A DNA stretch of 64,000 nucleotides from Antedon mediterranea (taxonomy: Eukaryota; Animalia; Echinodermata). The DNA lies in NCBI RefSeq assembly GCF_964355755.1, contig NC_092675.1, forward strand, positions 5,203,812 to 5,267,811, read 5' to 3'. The notes under the pieces are model-generated. The model had not been told where the DNA came from. It ran no database searches and worked only from the letters and a program-made list of their open reading frames with translations. Every line of letters starts with the position of its first letter. Positions within the stretch are counted from its first letter, which is position 1. Position numbers and translations under genes: made by a program. Positions 15,001 through 28,044 of the stretch are shown in pieces.

Positions 15001-15328
15001 TTAAAGATGTATTGTCCACCTGAAAAATAATGTTTACAATTGTTGTTGTAGAATGCCAATTCTAATGTCACATAATAGTTATCCACTTTGACCAAAGTTG
15101 GATCTAAACAAAATTTACTTATACCTGAAACAACTGTATTTTAAAGCAAAAAAAAAAATCAAATTTTGACTACCAGCCAATAGATTTTCGGTTGAATTTA
15201 ACCATATATTATGTTATTTCATAAGTGAAACATTTTTGTTATTCGTTTTTTACGGAAGTGATTAACTTTATTAAAACTATTTAATTAATCCCCATTTTTG
15301 GGGGGGGGGGGGGACAATGCATCTTTAA
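15001..15328. mobile_element. MITE with TTAA flanks (Kolobok/piggyBac-like)
   Basis: ttaaAGATGTATTGTCC ... GGACAATGCATCTttaa terminal inverted repeats. A related copy lies at 18217-18459. Confidence 0.75.
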
Positions 15329-18216
15329 TGTTTTGATTTATGGAAAAACCAACAGATGAATGTAAACTCGATTTTCGATAAAAACAATTGTTGATAACAC
15401 TGAAACTGTTATTATACTAAACGTGAATAATAAATAACGTTATCGACGGTCAAGTCAATAACCGAGAAAACATTATAAATTGTCCGTTAATCAATGATGT
15501 TATCTCTTTGCTGCGGTTAAGCATGGACTGTCTAAGAGTAAGTACACTCGACTGGATGCTAACTAACATAGTACTACAATCGGAAGTTCCAATAACACAT
15601 TAATTAACTGTGTCTACGACCTAAATTCGTCGTTAAAACGTGCGTGATTTTTTATTTTTTTTTTTTGCAATCTTCCTATTTTGATATATCATTATGAATA
15701 ATATGTCTTTAAAATACAAACAATAAAGCACGGTATACTTGCATGGCGAACAATTCATGTTCTGGTTAAATTTCACCTCTTTAAAATGAAGTTAGAACGG
15801 AACTGATTCATGGACGATCGATTACAGGGTGTCTACCCGTTCTATACCTTAAATTTGATGTCAAATAAAACTAGGTAAACGGTTAATAATTGACCGTTAT
15901 GTGGCATAGGCGTGGTCATTTTATATTCCAATTCCCAATTAATTCTGAATATGTAATTTAACAGCATAATCACTTCAACGTAACTGAAAATGTATGAGTT
16001 TTTAGGACCAGTTGTTGTTTAGGATCATGCCGACCAACAAACGGCATACAAAGAAAATACATATTATATAGATATATTATATTTATATGGCCATTATGTA
16101 CAGTTATGTATACTGATTTATAAAAGGAAACCAAGTGACCAGATATAGACAAGTAAAGTACTATGAATTAAGTAAAATAATTCCGTGACAGGTTTCAGTT
16201 TTTTTTCTCAAAATTCTTAAGTGACCTAATTCATAGTAAAGTTTTTTTTTAATAGAATTTAGTCAAAATTCGCCCTAAATAAAGTTTGCCATAATATATC
16301 AGATGTTGGAAAACCTTAAAGGTTTTTTGTTAAATAGTAATATAGTATATACAATTATGTACAGTATACTTTTTCAAATAAATTAATGTTGCTCTACTGG
16401 AATGGGTTTGGGCGAAAACACCCGTCTTCCACCAAGCCTTCCTTCAGGGTAGAGAACGTGTTTCAATATCAAACATAAGAAACTCTGAATCAGAAAATCC
16501 CGAAATTAGCATTACGGTTGTGAAATAACTAGGCCTATAGTGAAAAACATTTACTTAATTTACCTAAAGGCAACTCATTTCAGAAACTTTATCTTCACAA
16601 TTTGGTTTTAACAACACCACTATTTATTTACAAAATATCTTATTTCATAGGAATCAGATAAGTTGCGTTCATTTTGGAAAAGTTAAATTAATGAACCCAC
16701 GGTGTACATATTTATTTATTTATCAATATATTTATTACAATATTTGTTTCCAATTAAATTATTTCCGTATCCTTATTTCAATGATTTCATAGATTACATA
16801 GTTTTAATGATGCTAGACCCATTTTACACAAGCAACAAATGCAGCAAGAAGTACGGAGCATTTCGTCTGTCTCTCTGGACTCTTTTCGCTGTTCAAATTT
16901 TTGATCAATAAATCACCCTTTACTCATATTTCTCAAAAGCTCATATGGAGATTTACTTAATCGGAGAGCATGGAGGTTTAATGTACGCCCCTTTCTTCGT
17001 ATTATCAGTTGTTTGTTCGCCCGATAATCTTTATCGTTAATATCTGAGTTTTTCCCATCCGTCTCCATTCTGGCAAAGGTATTTTATCTGGTCATACCCG
17101 TCTTTTATTCCTTCTTGCTGCTGGTGAGTATAGAAACATATTTTCGTGTAGTTAAGTTCAACCCATACTTTGTGTAGTTATTTCAACTATTTTTCTTTTT
17201 TGTGTAGTTACTTTCGTGTAGTAGTTACTTTCAACCATAACTATTTTGAGTAGCCTGCATTTCAACGCTACATTGTGTGTCTAATTTCTTTCAACCCTAT
17301 GTTGTATGTGGTTACTTTGGTATATAAGTTGTACGAATACCAAAGAAATGTACTGACAATCTTCATCATTAGAGCATGGAATATATTTCATCTGAGCTCA
17401 ATCATAATGTTGCTAAAATGTTTAATGCCTCTACTAGTACTACTACTCCTTAATCATCATCACCAAAATCATCATAATTATTTATATCTGGTGTAATAAA
17501 AAACACAAATATATACGCAGTCTATCTTTTACAGTAGTGGCAGTCCCTTCCATTATTATTCGAAGCTTCTGTATATCGAATGTTATGGTGGAGGTGCGGG
17601 ACAATCCTAACAAGGATAGGCTTAGTGACTTATATTTGTAAAAACAATAATATTATCGGCAGACATAATAATTATAGTGAAAATAATCACTATGTAAAAT
17701 ATTCACATAATAAATATATCCAGAGAAACGGTCGAATAACAACCATCCCCGAGGCACTATTATAGCTTATGGAGACAAGGTTTATTTTTTTAGACAATTT
17801 ATCTGATAAAAGCCTGACCTCAATACAAACTTTTCAACACTCCCCTAGGCCGTGTTCTGCTACTTCAGCTTGACGAATCGGTGGTGGTCCAATACTACCT
17901 GACCAAGTGAACTAAATATTCGTGTCAATCGCCGCGACAGTTATGTACCTGTGAGTTTATTATAACAGATTAATATAATGGAGAAGTTTCATCAATTATA
18001 TTAAGATAAAAAAGTATCAACATTTCTAATCATGCTTCCGTATCTCTGTCAACAAAAGCCACACGTTGGACCTACAAGCAGTGTGAATCTCTACCCGACC
18101 GACTTCTGCTTTGTGGATTTTCCTGCTTGTAGCCTATCATTGTCGCGAAACATTGAAAAACAATTCTATTAAATTAGTATGGATTAATGAATACCTATAT
18201 ATATGTTAAAATATGT

Positions 18217-18459
18217 TTAAAGATGTATTGTACCCCCAAAAAACAGGAAAATGAAGATTAATTTGCAGTTTTAATAAAGTTACTTCGACAAAAAAAACGA
18301 CAAAATAAACGGTTAAATTCAACCAAAAACCCATTGACTATTTTTTGGTTAATAATTGTCTTTTATCCAAATTTTGGACTATTAATGTGACATTAAAATG
18401 GCATATTCAACAAAAACATTTTTACAAATTATTTTTTCAGGGGGACAAAACATCTTTAA
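18217..18459. mobile_element. Second copy of the TTAA MITE, opposite orientation
   Basis: ttaaAGATGTATTGTACCCC ... GGGGACAAAACATCTttaa. Internal segments are the reverse complement of the 15001 copy. Confidence 0.75.
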
Positions 18460-20879
18460 ATAACTTACATATTATTTCTATAAACAAGAATTGTTGCCTA
18501 TGCAGAGACTTCGACAAGTTATTTTTGGACAATTATTTTGTTTAGTGAACTAATGACCTTTAATATTTGTGATATACTGTAAAATAAAAACATTGGAAAC
18601 ATATTTACTGTAGACGAGAGATCATGGATTTCTGATGATATCCATATAAAAATGTTCAAACGTCAATTTTATAATAATAGTAATAATCATTCAATAATGT
18701 CGGCCTGTAGTTTTAGTGGGAAGCCTCACGCTATAATTAATAAGAAAATTGTTTAATTAATAAAAGCCTTATATCAATTACAATTTGAGTTATATATACT
18801 ATAAAACGTAGACAATACTGATATCATCTCTGCGTTGATTTTTATTTGTTTATTGGTAAGTATACATTTCGCAATGGTTTACTTATTTTCGTAGAAAGAT
18901 ATTGATACACAGGAGCGGTCCTTGATTCGTATTTCAAACTCTTGCATTGCTGGTAGCAAAATAGGTAAATGTATACCATAGCTTATTAGATTGACATTGC
19001 CACTAAGTAAATGTTACAATTGTCAATTTGTTAATTTTATCTTACGTATTTAGTTACTAAACTGTCGTTACACACACCTTGGTTTTCTTTTCTCGGCTAA
19101 TCTGAATAATACGCGTAAAACAATCTGTCCGTAGACATGTGTCTCACTGAAAACAACACATGGATTTTTCTTCAACAAAATTTCATTTTATTCGCAAGAC
19201 TTCCGTTCAAATTATCATTGGTTGACTTTAATATGACCGATTTGAAATATCTGACTTAAAAATGACTTTTAATCATACTATATAATACGTCCTCGACCTT
19301 AACACTAACCTTTTTTTTCTTAGTGACCGTCCCATGAGGCTCGGGTAAGCAATGAGGTATATCCCCGTTTTGTAATATTCAAAATAATTTGTGTTAGCTT
19401 TTTCACTAGAGAAGAAATACAGTATATCTTTGGAGAGAAAATACAGTATATCTTCAGAGAGAAAATCTGATTCTGCAAGCACATAATGTACCAAATATTT
19501 GTCTGCTAATCATCTCTCTTCGACAAATGAAATTGTAACGAAACTAGATTTAACAAAGAGCATTGTAATGGAAAATAAAAAAGAGATAAAATGCTTATAA
19601 TAATTGATAAGAACAAACATCAAGTAACACGGGTATATTGTTAGATAGTACTGATGTACTGTCAATTGTTAACGCTATTCTATACAAAGGTTTATTGAGG
19701 AAAAGAGTTTGTTGAGAATGTGTGTATTACAATGTGTGAATTGTATCATAAGTAGGCCTAAGGATGAAACCGGCAAAAAACACATCTTGAGCTGCGGAAG
19801 TGGTTTTAGAATTTTTGCAAGGAGAATGTACTGACAGAACTCAACGCAAAATGTGTTATTCTGATATTATTAATGATCATCATTACCAAAAAAAGTTACC
19901 TTTAACAAAAAATCAATAATATTATATTTAAACAAGTTAGTTTTGTATTTCATCACATTAAAACGCTTGTGTACAGTGTCCAACACCTGTCTTAGTATAC
20001 CTATTAACTTCGCGGTGATTAATTTCAAACAAAACGGTCTTTAATTTGGCAGACGCAGTGCGCGTGCCATACTCAATTCTCTATTGTGTTCACTAGAAAT
20101 GTAACCCCTATACCACTAATCGGATCAATTTATTTGATTATAAAACGTTAGTTTGTTTTACTATAATGCATCATGTATATCCTACCCTCCTGGACATCAC
20201 TAATGAATCTAAGCAGGCTTGTTCATGCTGAAATATTTAAGCTCACTGGAGGCAAGAACAACTGTTTAACAATTGCTTGAGTGAAGCCTATTATAAAGAT
20301 TAATTTTACAATAAGGGTAGTGTTCTTGTAAACGCGGGCTGTTTGACTTTATGGATTTGTCCGAGCGTCTTAAAATTTGTTTTACGAATTGAATAATGAT
20401 AACAAAACATTTCATAGAAACTATTACTTTAAAAAGGTGCACAAGTCTCATGTGTCCTCAACATGTTCCAATAAACAAATTACACAAAATGCCTAAATAA
20501 GTATAAGGTATAGACCCGACTTTTGCAACAACCATGACACAAACTATCATTAATGCACACTAATGATATAAAACAGAATACCTAAATACAACATGACAAG
20601 TATACAATGCATAAAAGATAAAAAAAATAAATAAACAGAGAGAGAAAAGGAAAATAGAAAAAAGCAAAACAGCTACAGAAAAAAAAACAAAGTAATCACA
20701 AATTAAAAGAAAGAAAAACAGAAAGAAAAATAAAGAAAAACTCATGAAGTCCCAGTAAATAAAATTAGAAAACGTAAATTAATTTGAGTCGTTGATTTTA
20801 ACTAAATCCATATACATTAAGGCATTAAGATTCATTTGAAATGTACTTTATCTTTAATTTCAGAAGAGCAACACGAACC

Positions 20880-21073
20880 ATGCTTGCATGTAAAGATATT
20901 TTGACGTTAATGTTAGCCTGGCTGGTTACAGCAACTCAATGCCAGAGTTTGCCAACCAGAGATGAAGAGTTATTTATTCACCAAATGCGAAATCCTGAAA
21001 CATTCCATGATTCTGGTCTCATACCAGACGGGGCCGAAGTAAATGCATACGCAGTCACAGAAACCATAACTCG
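20880..21073 (+). CDS. NDNF: Neuron-derived neurotrophic factor (NDNF/Nord family), coding exon 1 (signal peptide and N-terminus)
   Basis: Acceptor tttcag ends at 20863, ATG at 20880. MLACKDILTLMLAWLVTATQCQSLPTRDEELF...FHDSGLIPDGAEV matches vertebrate NDNF LPTRDEELF...FHDSSVIPDGAEI. Donor CG|gtaag at 21074 (phase 2). Confidence 0.95.
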
Positions 21074-21240
21074 GTAAGAAAAACACCTTTTTGTTGACTA
21101 ATTTCAATGAACACCGAATTAAACAAATAATGAAATATTAGAATTACAGAATACCTTCAGAAATAACATGTAAAGAAATCTGACGATGTTTCCATTGATT
21201 TGTTGATCGATTCATTCATTAGCAATCTTGAACATTTCAG

Positions 21241-21359
21241 GTATTTTTTCTTGGTTGAAGAAGACGGTCCTCCTTTAGAAGTTACAATAACACCGTGTGC
21301 ATCGACACTAGAATGGAATATATCTATACCTGAAGTACCCGAAGAGGGTAGCGCTTCAG
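21241..21359 (+). CDS. NDNF: NDNF coding exon 2
   Basis: tttcag|G, then (R)YFFLVEEDGPPLEVTITPCASTLEW...EEGSAS, matching NDNF RYFFVVEEDNTPLSVTVTPCDAPLEW. Donor G|gtgggt at 21360 (phase 1). Confidence 0.95.
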
Positions 21360-21573
21360 GTGGGTGTTGTATTATACTTATATATAACTATAGTAATGTG
21401 TGCCTATAAGTAAGTTAAAGAGTCAAATGGCCGAGAAGTTAAGGCAGTGGGTGTTGAGCCGTAAAATGTGCAAACAACCAGATTTTTGTAACCGCCTAAA
21501 GAGCCATTAATATTGGCATGGGTTCGTTTATTATTATTATTATAACACTGATTTTTGTTTGTTTAATCTTCAG

Positions 21574-22943
21574 GTATTAACGATCAGCTAGAACATCAGC
21601 GGTCGCATTCAAGCAAAGTAGGATCGATATTAAAAACATACAAAGGCTTTAATGTTAGTACATACTCATCAACTAATTCACCAGCAGGAATTTACATGTT
21701 AAAAGTGCGAGCTGTAGATCGTGATTCGAGTTTTAAGATCTACGCCACCACGACACCAAACTCTGATCGCATTTATCCTGTTTTACCATCAGACTCAAGA
21801 GTTGATGTTACTGCGGTGCGCAAAGATCGCGTTTCTCTTGCGTGGAAATCTAGTCTCTCTGAGACCGTTTACCTTCAGCCAATAAAATACTGCGTGGCAA
21901 TGAATACTGAGCGTAATTACCCTACACTATGTGGCATTGAATCACGTCTTTATGGAGATCGTCGACCCATTGTACCTAACGTAGGCTTTGGATTCAGTAA
22001 CGAAAAGGGTAAGAGGAACTCTAAAAGATTGAGAAAACGAAAAAACAAACTCGAATTGCTTACTAAAACTCAAATAAAAACCAATTCCAGTTTTACACTT
22101 GAGTGTATTGGAACGAAGAAAATGCACACGTTTATAAATCTAATTGCTAACCATACGTATTTCTTCGATGTTTTTGCTGTTGACACCAAAACTAACCGTA
22201 GCGCAGTTTATCAACACATTCAAGTCACAACACCTGCTGGTGAAGAAGTTCAGAAGGTCGTGATGCTAAAGGACGGAAAGATGTTAGATTCTTCAGTGCA
22301 GCAATCAAAACCGAAAAAGACATTCCAGATAGACGTTGGAAACAAAGATAAAGAGCTTTTAGTTACTGTACAGTCATGTACACATCCTGTCATTGTGGAA
22401 ATCTTGCAAGACACAAGTGTTGTGAAATCTGGTGTTGTTGAAGATTTACAAAGTTTCACTATTAACAATGCAAAAGGAACGTATTATATCAGAGTTGTTG
22501 GATCATTGAAAGAGGCTATTCACTTTAAAATATTTACAACAACAAAACCAAGGAAGTATCCGTATCCAAGAATGCCGGACGATAACAGAATAAATCCGTA
22601 TAGAAATCTGCGCAAATGCAATTCAGTTACTCTTGGTTGGTTAACCTCAAGTGAAACGGCTCAATATTGTCTATACAGACGTGAAGATACGTCAACAGAC
22701 AGCGGTGGTAGAAAAAACTTACGTCTTATGAACTCGTGTCACGGACCTGGAATGAGAAAGAGGAGTGAAAAGGTGTTCTGCACAAAAGTTAACGATCCAT
22801 CAGAACAGGACACAGTTATGATTAAAAAAGTGGAAAATCTTAAAACAGGTACTAATTACATATTTGATGTGTACGTCAGTAGGGATGGAAAACAGTCATT
22901 AGCTTATAGAAGCGTGAAAGTTAAGACAAAAAAATACTGCTGA
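21574..22943 (+). CDS. NDNF: NDNF coding exon 3 (two FN3-like modules and C-terminal NDNF region); spliced CDS 1683 nt = 560 aa
   Basis: cttcag|GT acceptor is in frame with the 415-aa ORF. Motifs FKIYATTTP, RVDVT, LAWK, YFFDVF, LKDGK, CNSVTLGW, RKRSEKVFC and terminal KVKTKKYC match NDNF (...KVVKTRKFC). Confidence 0.96.
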
Positions 22944-25900
22944 CGACGAATTGTCTGAACTGTTAGTGTTGGCTACAGTCATTAAGTTAGTAGCAAAATA
23001 AAATCTTCGCCATGTTATCAAGTAAGATGAATCGTAACGTGGTTATCTCCGCGCGCACTGCTGTACCCAACGAATGTCAATGTACTTGGATGAAGAAACA
23101 AGAGCGCTCCTGATAATAATCTTTGGACAATCTATGATTGATAACGACGCTGTTATATGTTTATACTGATAATGTATAGTGATTAGTACACTCGTAAGAT
23201 AGTGTAAAAATATTTTAGTTTTTGAAAGAACGTTATATTGTTTGGTGATGACGATCGGGTCTCAAACCCGTATTGTGAAGGTGTTACAACAAGAAAGACT
23301 GTATAGTAGCACAATGAACAATACTTTATCAAAGAGGTATATAATCTTATGAGAGAATATATACAATTAAAATAAATAAATAAATACGTTCAAGTGTAGA
23401 AGAGTTACGGAAATTCATGAATAATGGTTTAGTTAAATTAGTATTGTCAAGTCGGAGGTGCTAAAATGTCATTTATTTATTTACATACACACATTTGCAT
23501 TATACCGTTATTGTTCAGTCCAGCCGTAATATAAAATGTAATAATTAATGTATAAATTATAAAACAACTATTTATCTGACAATTAATAATCTGTTGTTGA
23601 TTGATATGTGGCACGTCGAAAATAATATATTTAATTGCTCTGAAATAAGACGGTTTTCAGTGGCAAGGTAGCCTTAAATTATATTTATTGTATATGTTAT
23701 ATCTTATAATATCATAATGATGTTATATATTAATAATGATAATGTTATTAAATGTAGAGAGCTTCGTTGAGGTAACAAATAGTGAAATATGTTGAAAACA
23801 GTGATGATAAAAAAAAGCTTTATATATATTATGTAAGTACCCCCCTATTAGACTAGTATACTTGGATTATCATTACAGTGACTTTTCGATAAACTATTGG
23901 GTACAGAGGGGTAACAATCAGTGGAGAAACTGTGTGCATGTTTGAACACATTCGTGATAGATTTTGACGTAATAACGGAATTTATCACAAGGTATTTAGT
24001 ACCTTACTTTTATCTTACTTTGGTGCCACGTACTGTGATCAAAAGGTTTTTGACCAATCACAAACGACAGTTAGGATGGTTCATCGCGTCGTGATTGGTC
24101 AAATTACTTGTGTTGCGTTCAAGTTGGAACCAAGCTTAATCACGTATATTAAATATAATACAATATTAATTAGTGAGTAATGTGACGTAGTTACTGCTGT
24201 AAGTATATTCTAATTATTGTAAAGTGTAAAGCAGTTTGATATTGTAATGATCATTCCAAAATTAAATATTACTGGTCCATTATATTTTCGTCGTGAAGCT
24301 TAATACATAATAGTGAAAATAGGATGGTGTTCTAGAACGAACCACATATCAATAAATGTTCATAAACCAACAGCTCAAACAAAGTATTTTTTATTTCAGT
24401 CAATTTGTTACCATATTAAGTATTAATATACACTATTTCGATGTTGTTTATTGTTTGGTGTGTTAAAATGCACAAACTAACAATGGTTTCCATTTTTTCG
24501 ATATATCTCTCGACTATGAGCACAATACACTAATATTAAATAGCCAGGACAGAAGTTAAAAATACCATAATGATTGTTATATTCTTAAAAATTAAAATTC
24601 ATAATTTAAAATTCTCCTTTTACATCATAATTAATTTTATAGTTTCTTTCTTCTTCGTCTGACCATTGTGCACACATCTAATTTTATTAGTCGTAAAGGA
24701 ATGAAATTGTCTTCTTCGTCACTATAACTAGTGTTGGGCTTGAAAATGTGACACATGTGATAAGTGTTACCTCCCTCCAGTTTATTGTCTCTTGACATGA
24801 AACCACGTGGAATCTGCTGAATACAATTATAGACCATTCAACATGTTTGGAGTCCTGAGTAATTACTTTGGAAGGAAAGTTGAAACACCATCGCAATGTT
24901 TTTACAGGTTAAAATACGTCTCACAACATGTGTTTGTATGGTATATGGACAAATAATTGTCTCAAAGCTGTAAAAACATAATTCTATTAAATTCAGTACC
25001 TTCGATAATAAAATATAAAATACAGTCTATTATTATTACTTACATTAGACCTACATCAACACAAGATTTACTATATAATGGAAATATAACACCCAAATAT
25101 AGCATTATTATTAGGACTAAAGATCTTAACTTTTAACCATATCTCGTATAGTTCTACCAGACAGGGTTTACGACACTGGGGTAAAATATATAGATAGTCA
25201 CGTTTTCCATTGGATGATTGGATCAAGGATGTGACTTATCTAATCATTTCGGCCGCAGGCAGTCATTTCAGCCGCCGGTTATGAACGTCTGTTATGGTTA
25301 TACATTCATAATTCACACACCGTCGACTTGGTCCTCGAATTTTCCTGTAGGCCTATGTCAAAGTAATTTTATGTTATATTCTACAACTTTCCTACTCGTC
25401 GACATGATAATGCTTATGAAACAAAATGATGGTTTATAACATTTTTGTTTGATCTCTGATCTTACCAAAAATATTGATAATATCGTGAGAAAAGACAATG
25501 ACAGATTGTTACATGACCATTTGGAAATCTGATATAATGAAGATGACACCTTGTTTTGATTATGAAATGTAGAATGTGTAATATAGAGTATCAAGTAAAT
25601 TTATTTATTTAGTTTTTAATGGTGGTTTTTGATGGTGTTATTACATAATCTCTATCTTTGACAAACTGTTATTTTGTTAATAGAGAAATGTACTGTCGGT
25701 GTAGGTAGATGTATTCCTATATTCAATTCAACTGTTCTTGTGATACCACTTGACTATATGAACATGAAACGATGGTGGAGTTTCTAAACTCGAACAAAGT
25801 AAGTACAGAATGTTGTTGGTTTCGTCGTTATGGAGAAATAAAAGTATGATAATGTGGTTATGCAAATCCTGTACAAGGAAAGATTGATTAAACAGAAAAT

Positions 25901-27581
25901 CCATAAAGGTACCCTTAACTCGCATTAATGTTCTTAGAATAGACTAACCTGGATCAACAATGAATATGACGTGCGCAGCATGTTTTGATATCAGGTCTCT
26001 GATTCATCATTGTAGAAACAATTGTTTGGCCTGCGATATAAAACGAATATACTTACTTATAATTACACTGTTATTGCTAAGACCTAAATATATTGTTTAT
26101 TTCAATACTCGCCGTGAGGTAATTTCCCACATGATCGTAATCAAAACGGTAGGCCTACTTGGTTTGGTCTACTAGCGTTCCTGCTCCCAACTCGTCATCC
26201 ATTCATAGAAGCATTGATGAAGTAAGCCTACCTGCTGGTGACCATAGAACGGTCCCGGGATAATGACTACACTTCGGCTTTAGGGTCTATCATTTAATGT
26301 TAACCCTTTAACCTTTTTAAAAATAAACTTGGTAAAAATAAATCGAATAAGTCATACCACAAACAAAATATAAAGTAATCATCTCAAATGTTTTTAGGTA
26401 AGTAGTTAACCATCCATTACTTAACTGCTTATAAGAAGTAGGGCAGAAGTACTTTTGTAATGTTTTCTCAGTCAGCTTACGACATGAATTAGATATCCAC
26501 TCGCATATGTTAAAATAAGAGCCTACAGCAAAATATCAAGCATAACATTTTATAAAAACACGTCAGCATGGTTCTTTATCGTCACCTCAACTTAGTGCCT
26601 TCATTTATGACGTCAGTTAGTTGGTTTTTTTTGGGTATGACAAAAGTCCTATAGTTTCAGTTTTCATAAATATATTTATTGTTTATTGTTTATATATTAA
26701 TATTTTAACACCCTATTTCAGAATATTATTTTAAAGGCATATTCAACGATACCAAACACCACGCACTTTGGTTATTTTGTTCGGTCACATAAGTTGAAAA
26801 TATACATAAAATCAAAATGGAATGTAATTAAAATGAAATGTAATTAAAATACAATGTAATTAAAATGCAATGTAGTGTTTTTTCAGTTCCATTGATATTA
26901 CATTTTGAAATTCTAACTGATCAGAGAGGAAGATGGTTTATCTTTTATTTTTGTTTAGTAATTCATTTTAACAACAATGTTGTGTCACCAAAAGTGTAAA
27001 GGAATTTCCTCAATTTACATACATGGGAGTCATTCTAGAAAAGAGCCGTGTAAGTACAACTTTTTACTCGGGGTACGGGTACCCGAGTCTAGGACATTTT
27101 CTCCTCCTCCTCCACGTGGACACTATTGAGTAAAAAGTGCGATTTTTAAAGTACTACTCCTCCCTTATTAGTTGTAGTATTGAGCTGGGATTTGGCATGA
27201 ATATACTACAGGGATATGTCCTCAAACCTATAGAGCCCGATTTTTTAATTTCAAACCGGATGCAGCCATATGACGTCTCGAAGATGGTACCATATAGCCG
27301 TATTTGGTAAATTATTGATGTGTATGTGACGTCACATCCCGTCTTATGACGTCATTACGAAACCTTTTTTTTTTTAAACTTTATGGTGAAAAGTACTGTA
27401 TACGCAATATGATAATTATACACAGTATATCTTATTTGTATTATTTTTTTTAAATACTTATTTTGTGTAATCGGTAATTATCACTTTTACACATGTTTAT
27501 TTTGCTTTGTGCTTATTACCATATTTATTTGTAATTTAAATGGATTAAAAAATTTGTGTAACCCACATCTTTAGTGTAAGA

Positions 27582-27653
27582 GGTTTCGTAGTGTAGTGGT
27601 TGTCAAGTCTGCTTAACACGCAGAAGGTCCCGGTTCGACCCCTGGCGAAACCT
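27582..27653 (+). tRNA. tRNA-Val(AAC), probably a pseudogene or degenerate copy
   Basis: GGTTTCG/CGAAACC acceptor stem and TCTGC-TTAACAC-GCAGA anticodon arm. A box TAGTGTAGTGG, B box GGTTCGAC, T-run just downstream. D-stem mismatch (CAA for CAC) and an imperfect, shortened T arm. Confidence 0.8.
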
Positions 27654-27721
27654 ATTTTTCTTTAACTTTATGGTAAAATATACTGTATACGTAATGTGAT
27701 ATAGAGTATATCTCGTTTTAT

Positions 27722-28044
27722 TACTCAGGGTACCTGAGTCTAGGACTCATCTTTTCCTCTTCTTCTTCCATCCGGACACTATTGAGCAAAATGTGCGATT
27801 TATAAAGTACTACTCCTCCCTTATTCGTTGTAGTATTGAGCTCGGATTTAGCATGAATATACTACAGGGACATGGCCTCAAAGCTATAGAGCCGGATTTT
27901 TTAATTTCAAACCGGATGCAGCCATATGCACGTCTCGAAGATGGTACCGTATAGCCGTATTTGGTAGCGAGGTTATCGATGTGTATGTGACGTTACATCC
28001 GGTCTTATGACGTCATTACAGCTTCTTTTGCTGTACCCCGAGTA
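27722..28044. mobile_element. MITE with tactc(g/a)gggtac / gtaccccgagta ends; a right-truncated duplicate lies at 27065-27358
   Basis: About 290-bp direct repeat of high identity between 27065-27358 and 27722-28019. Only the second copy has the closing TIR. Confidence 0.8.

Noticed and set aside
15299-15313. G-run as a G-quadruplex regulatory element
   Set aside because: It is an expanded homopolymer inside a MITE terminal repeat.
386-20745. Numerous 60-90 aa ORFs
   Set aside because: They have the low-complexity F/I/L/K/Y composition expected by chance in AT-rich DNA, with no recognisable domains or consistent splice phases.
21942-22468. Minus-strand ORFs overlapping NDNF
   Set aside because: They are antisense shadows of the NDNF exon. 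The same applies to 60565-60747 and 61556-61795 over RUFY and to 39489-39734 over the LINE.
26818-26872. 15-bp tandem repeat, about 4 copies
   Set aside because: Ordinary short AT-rich slippage repeat with no further signal.
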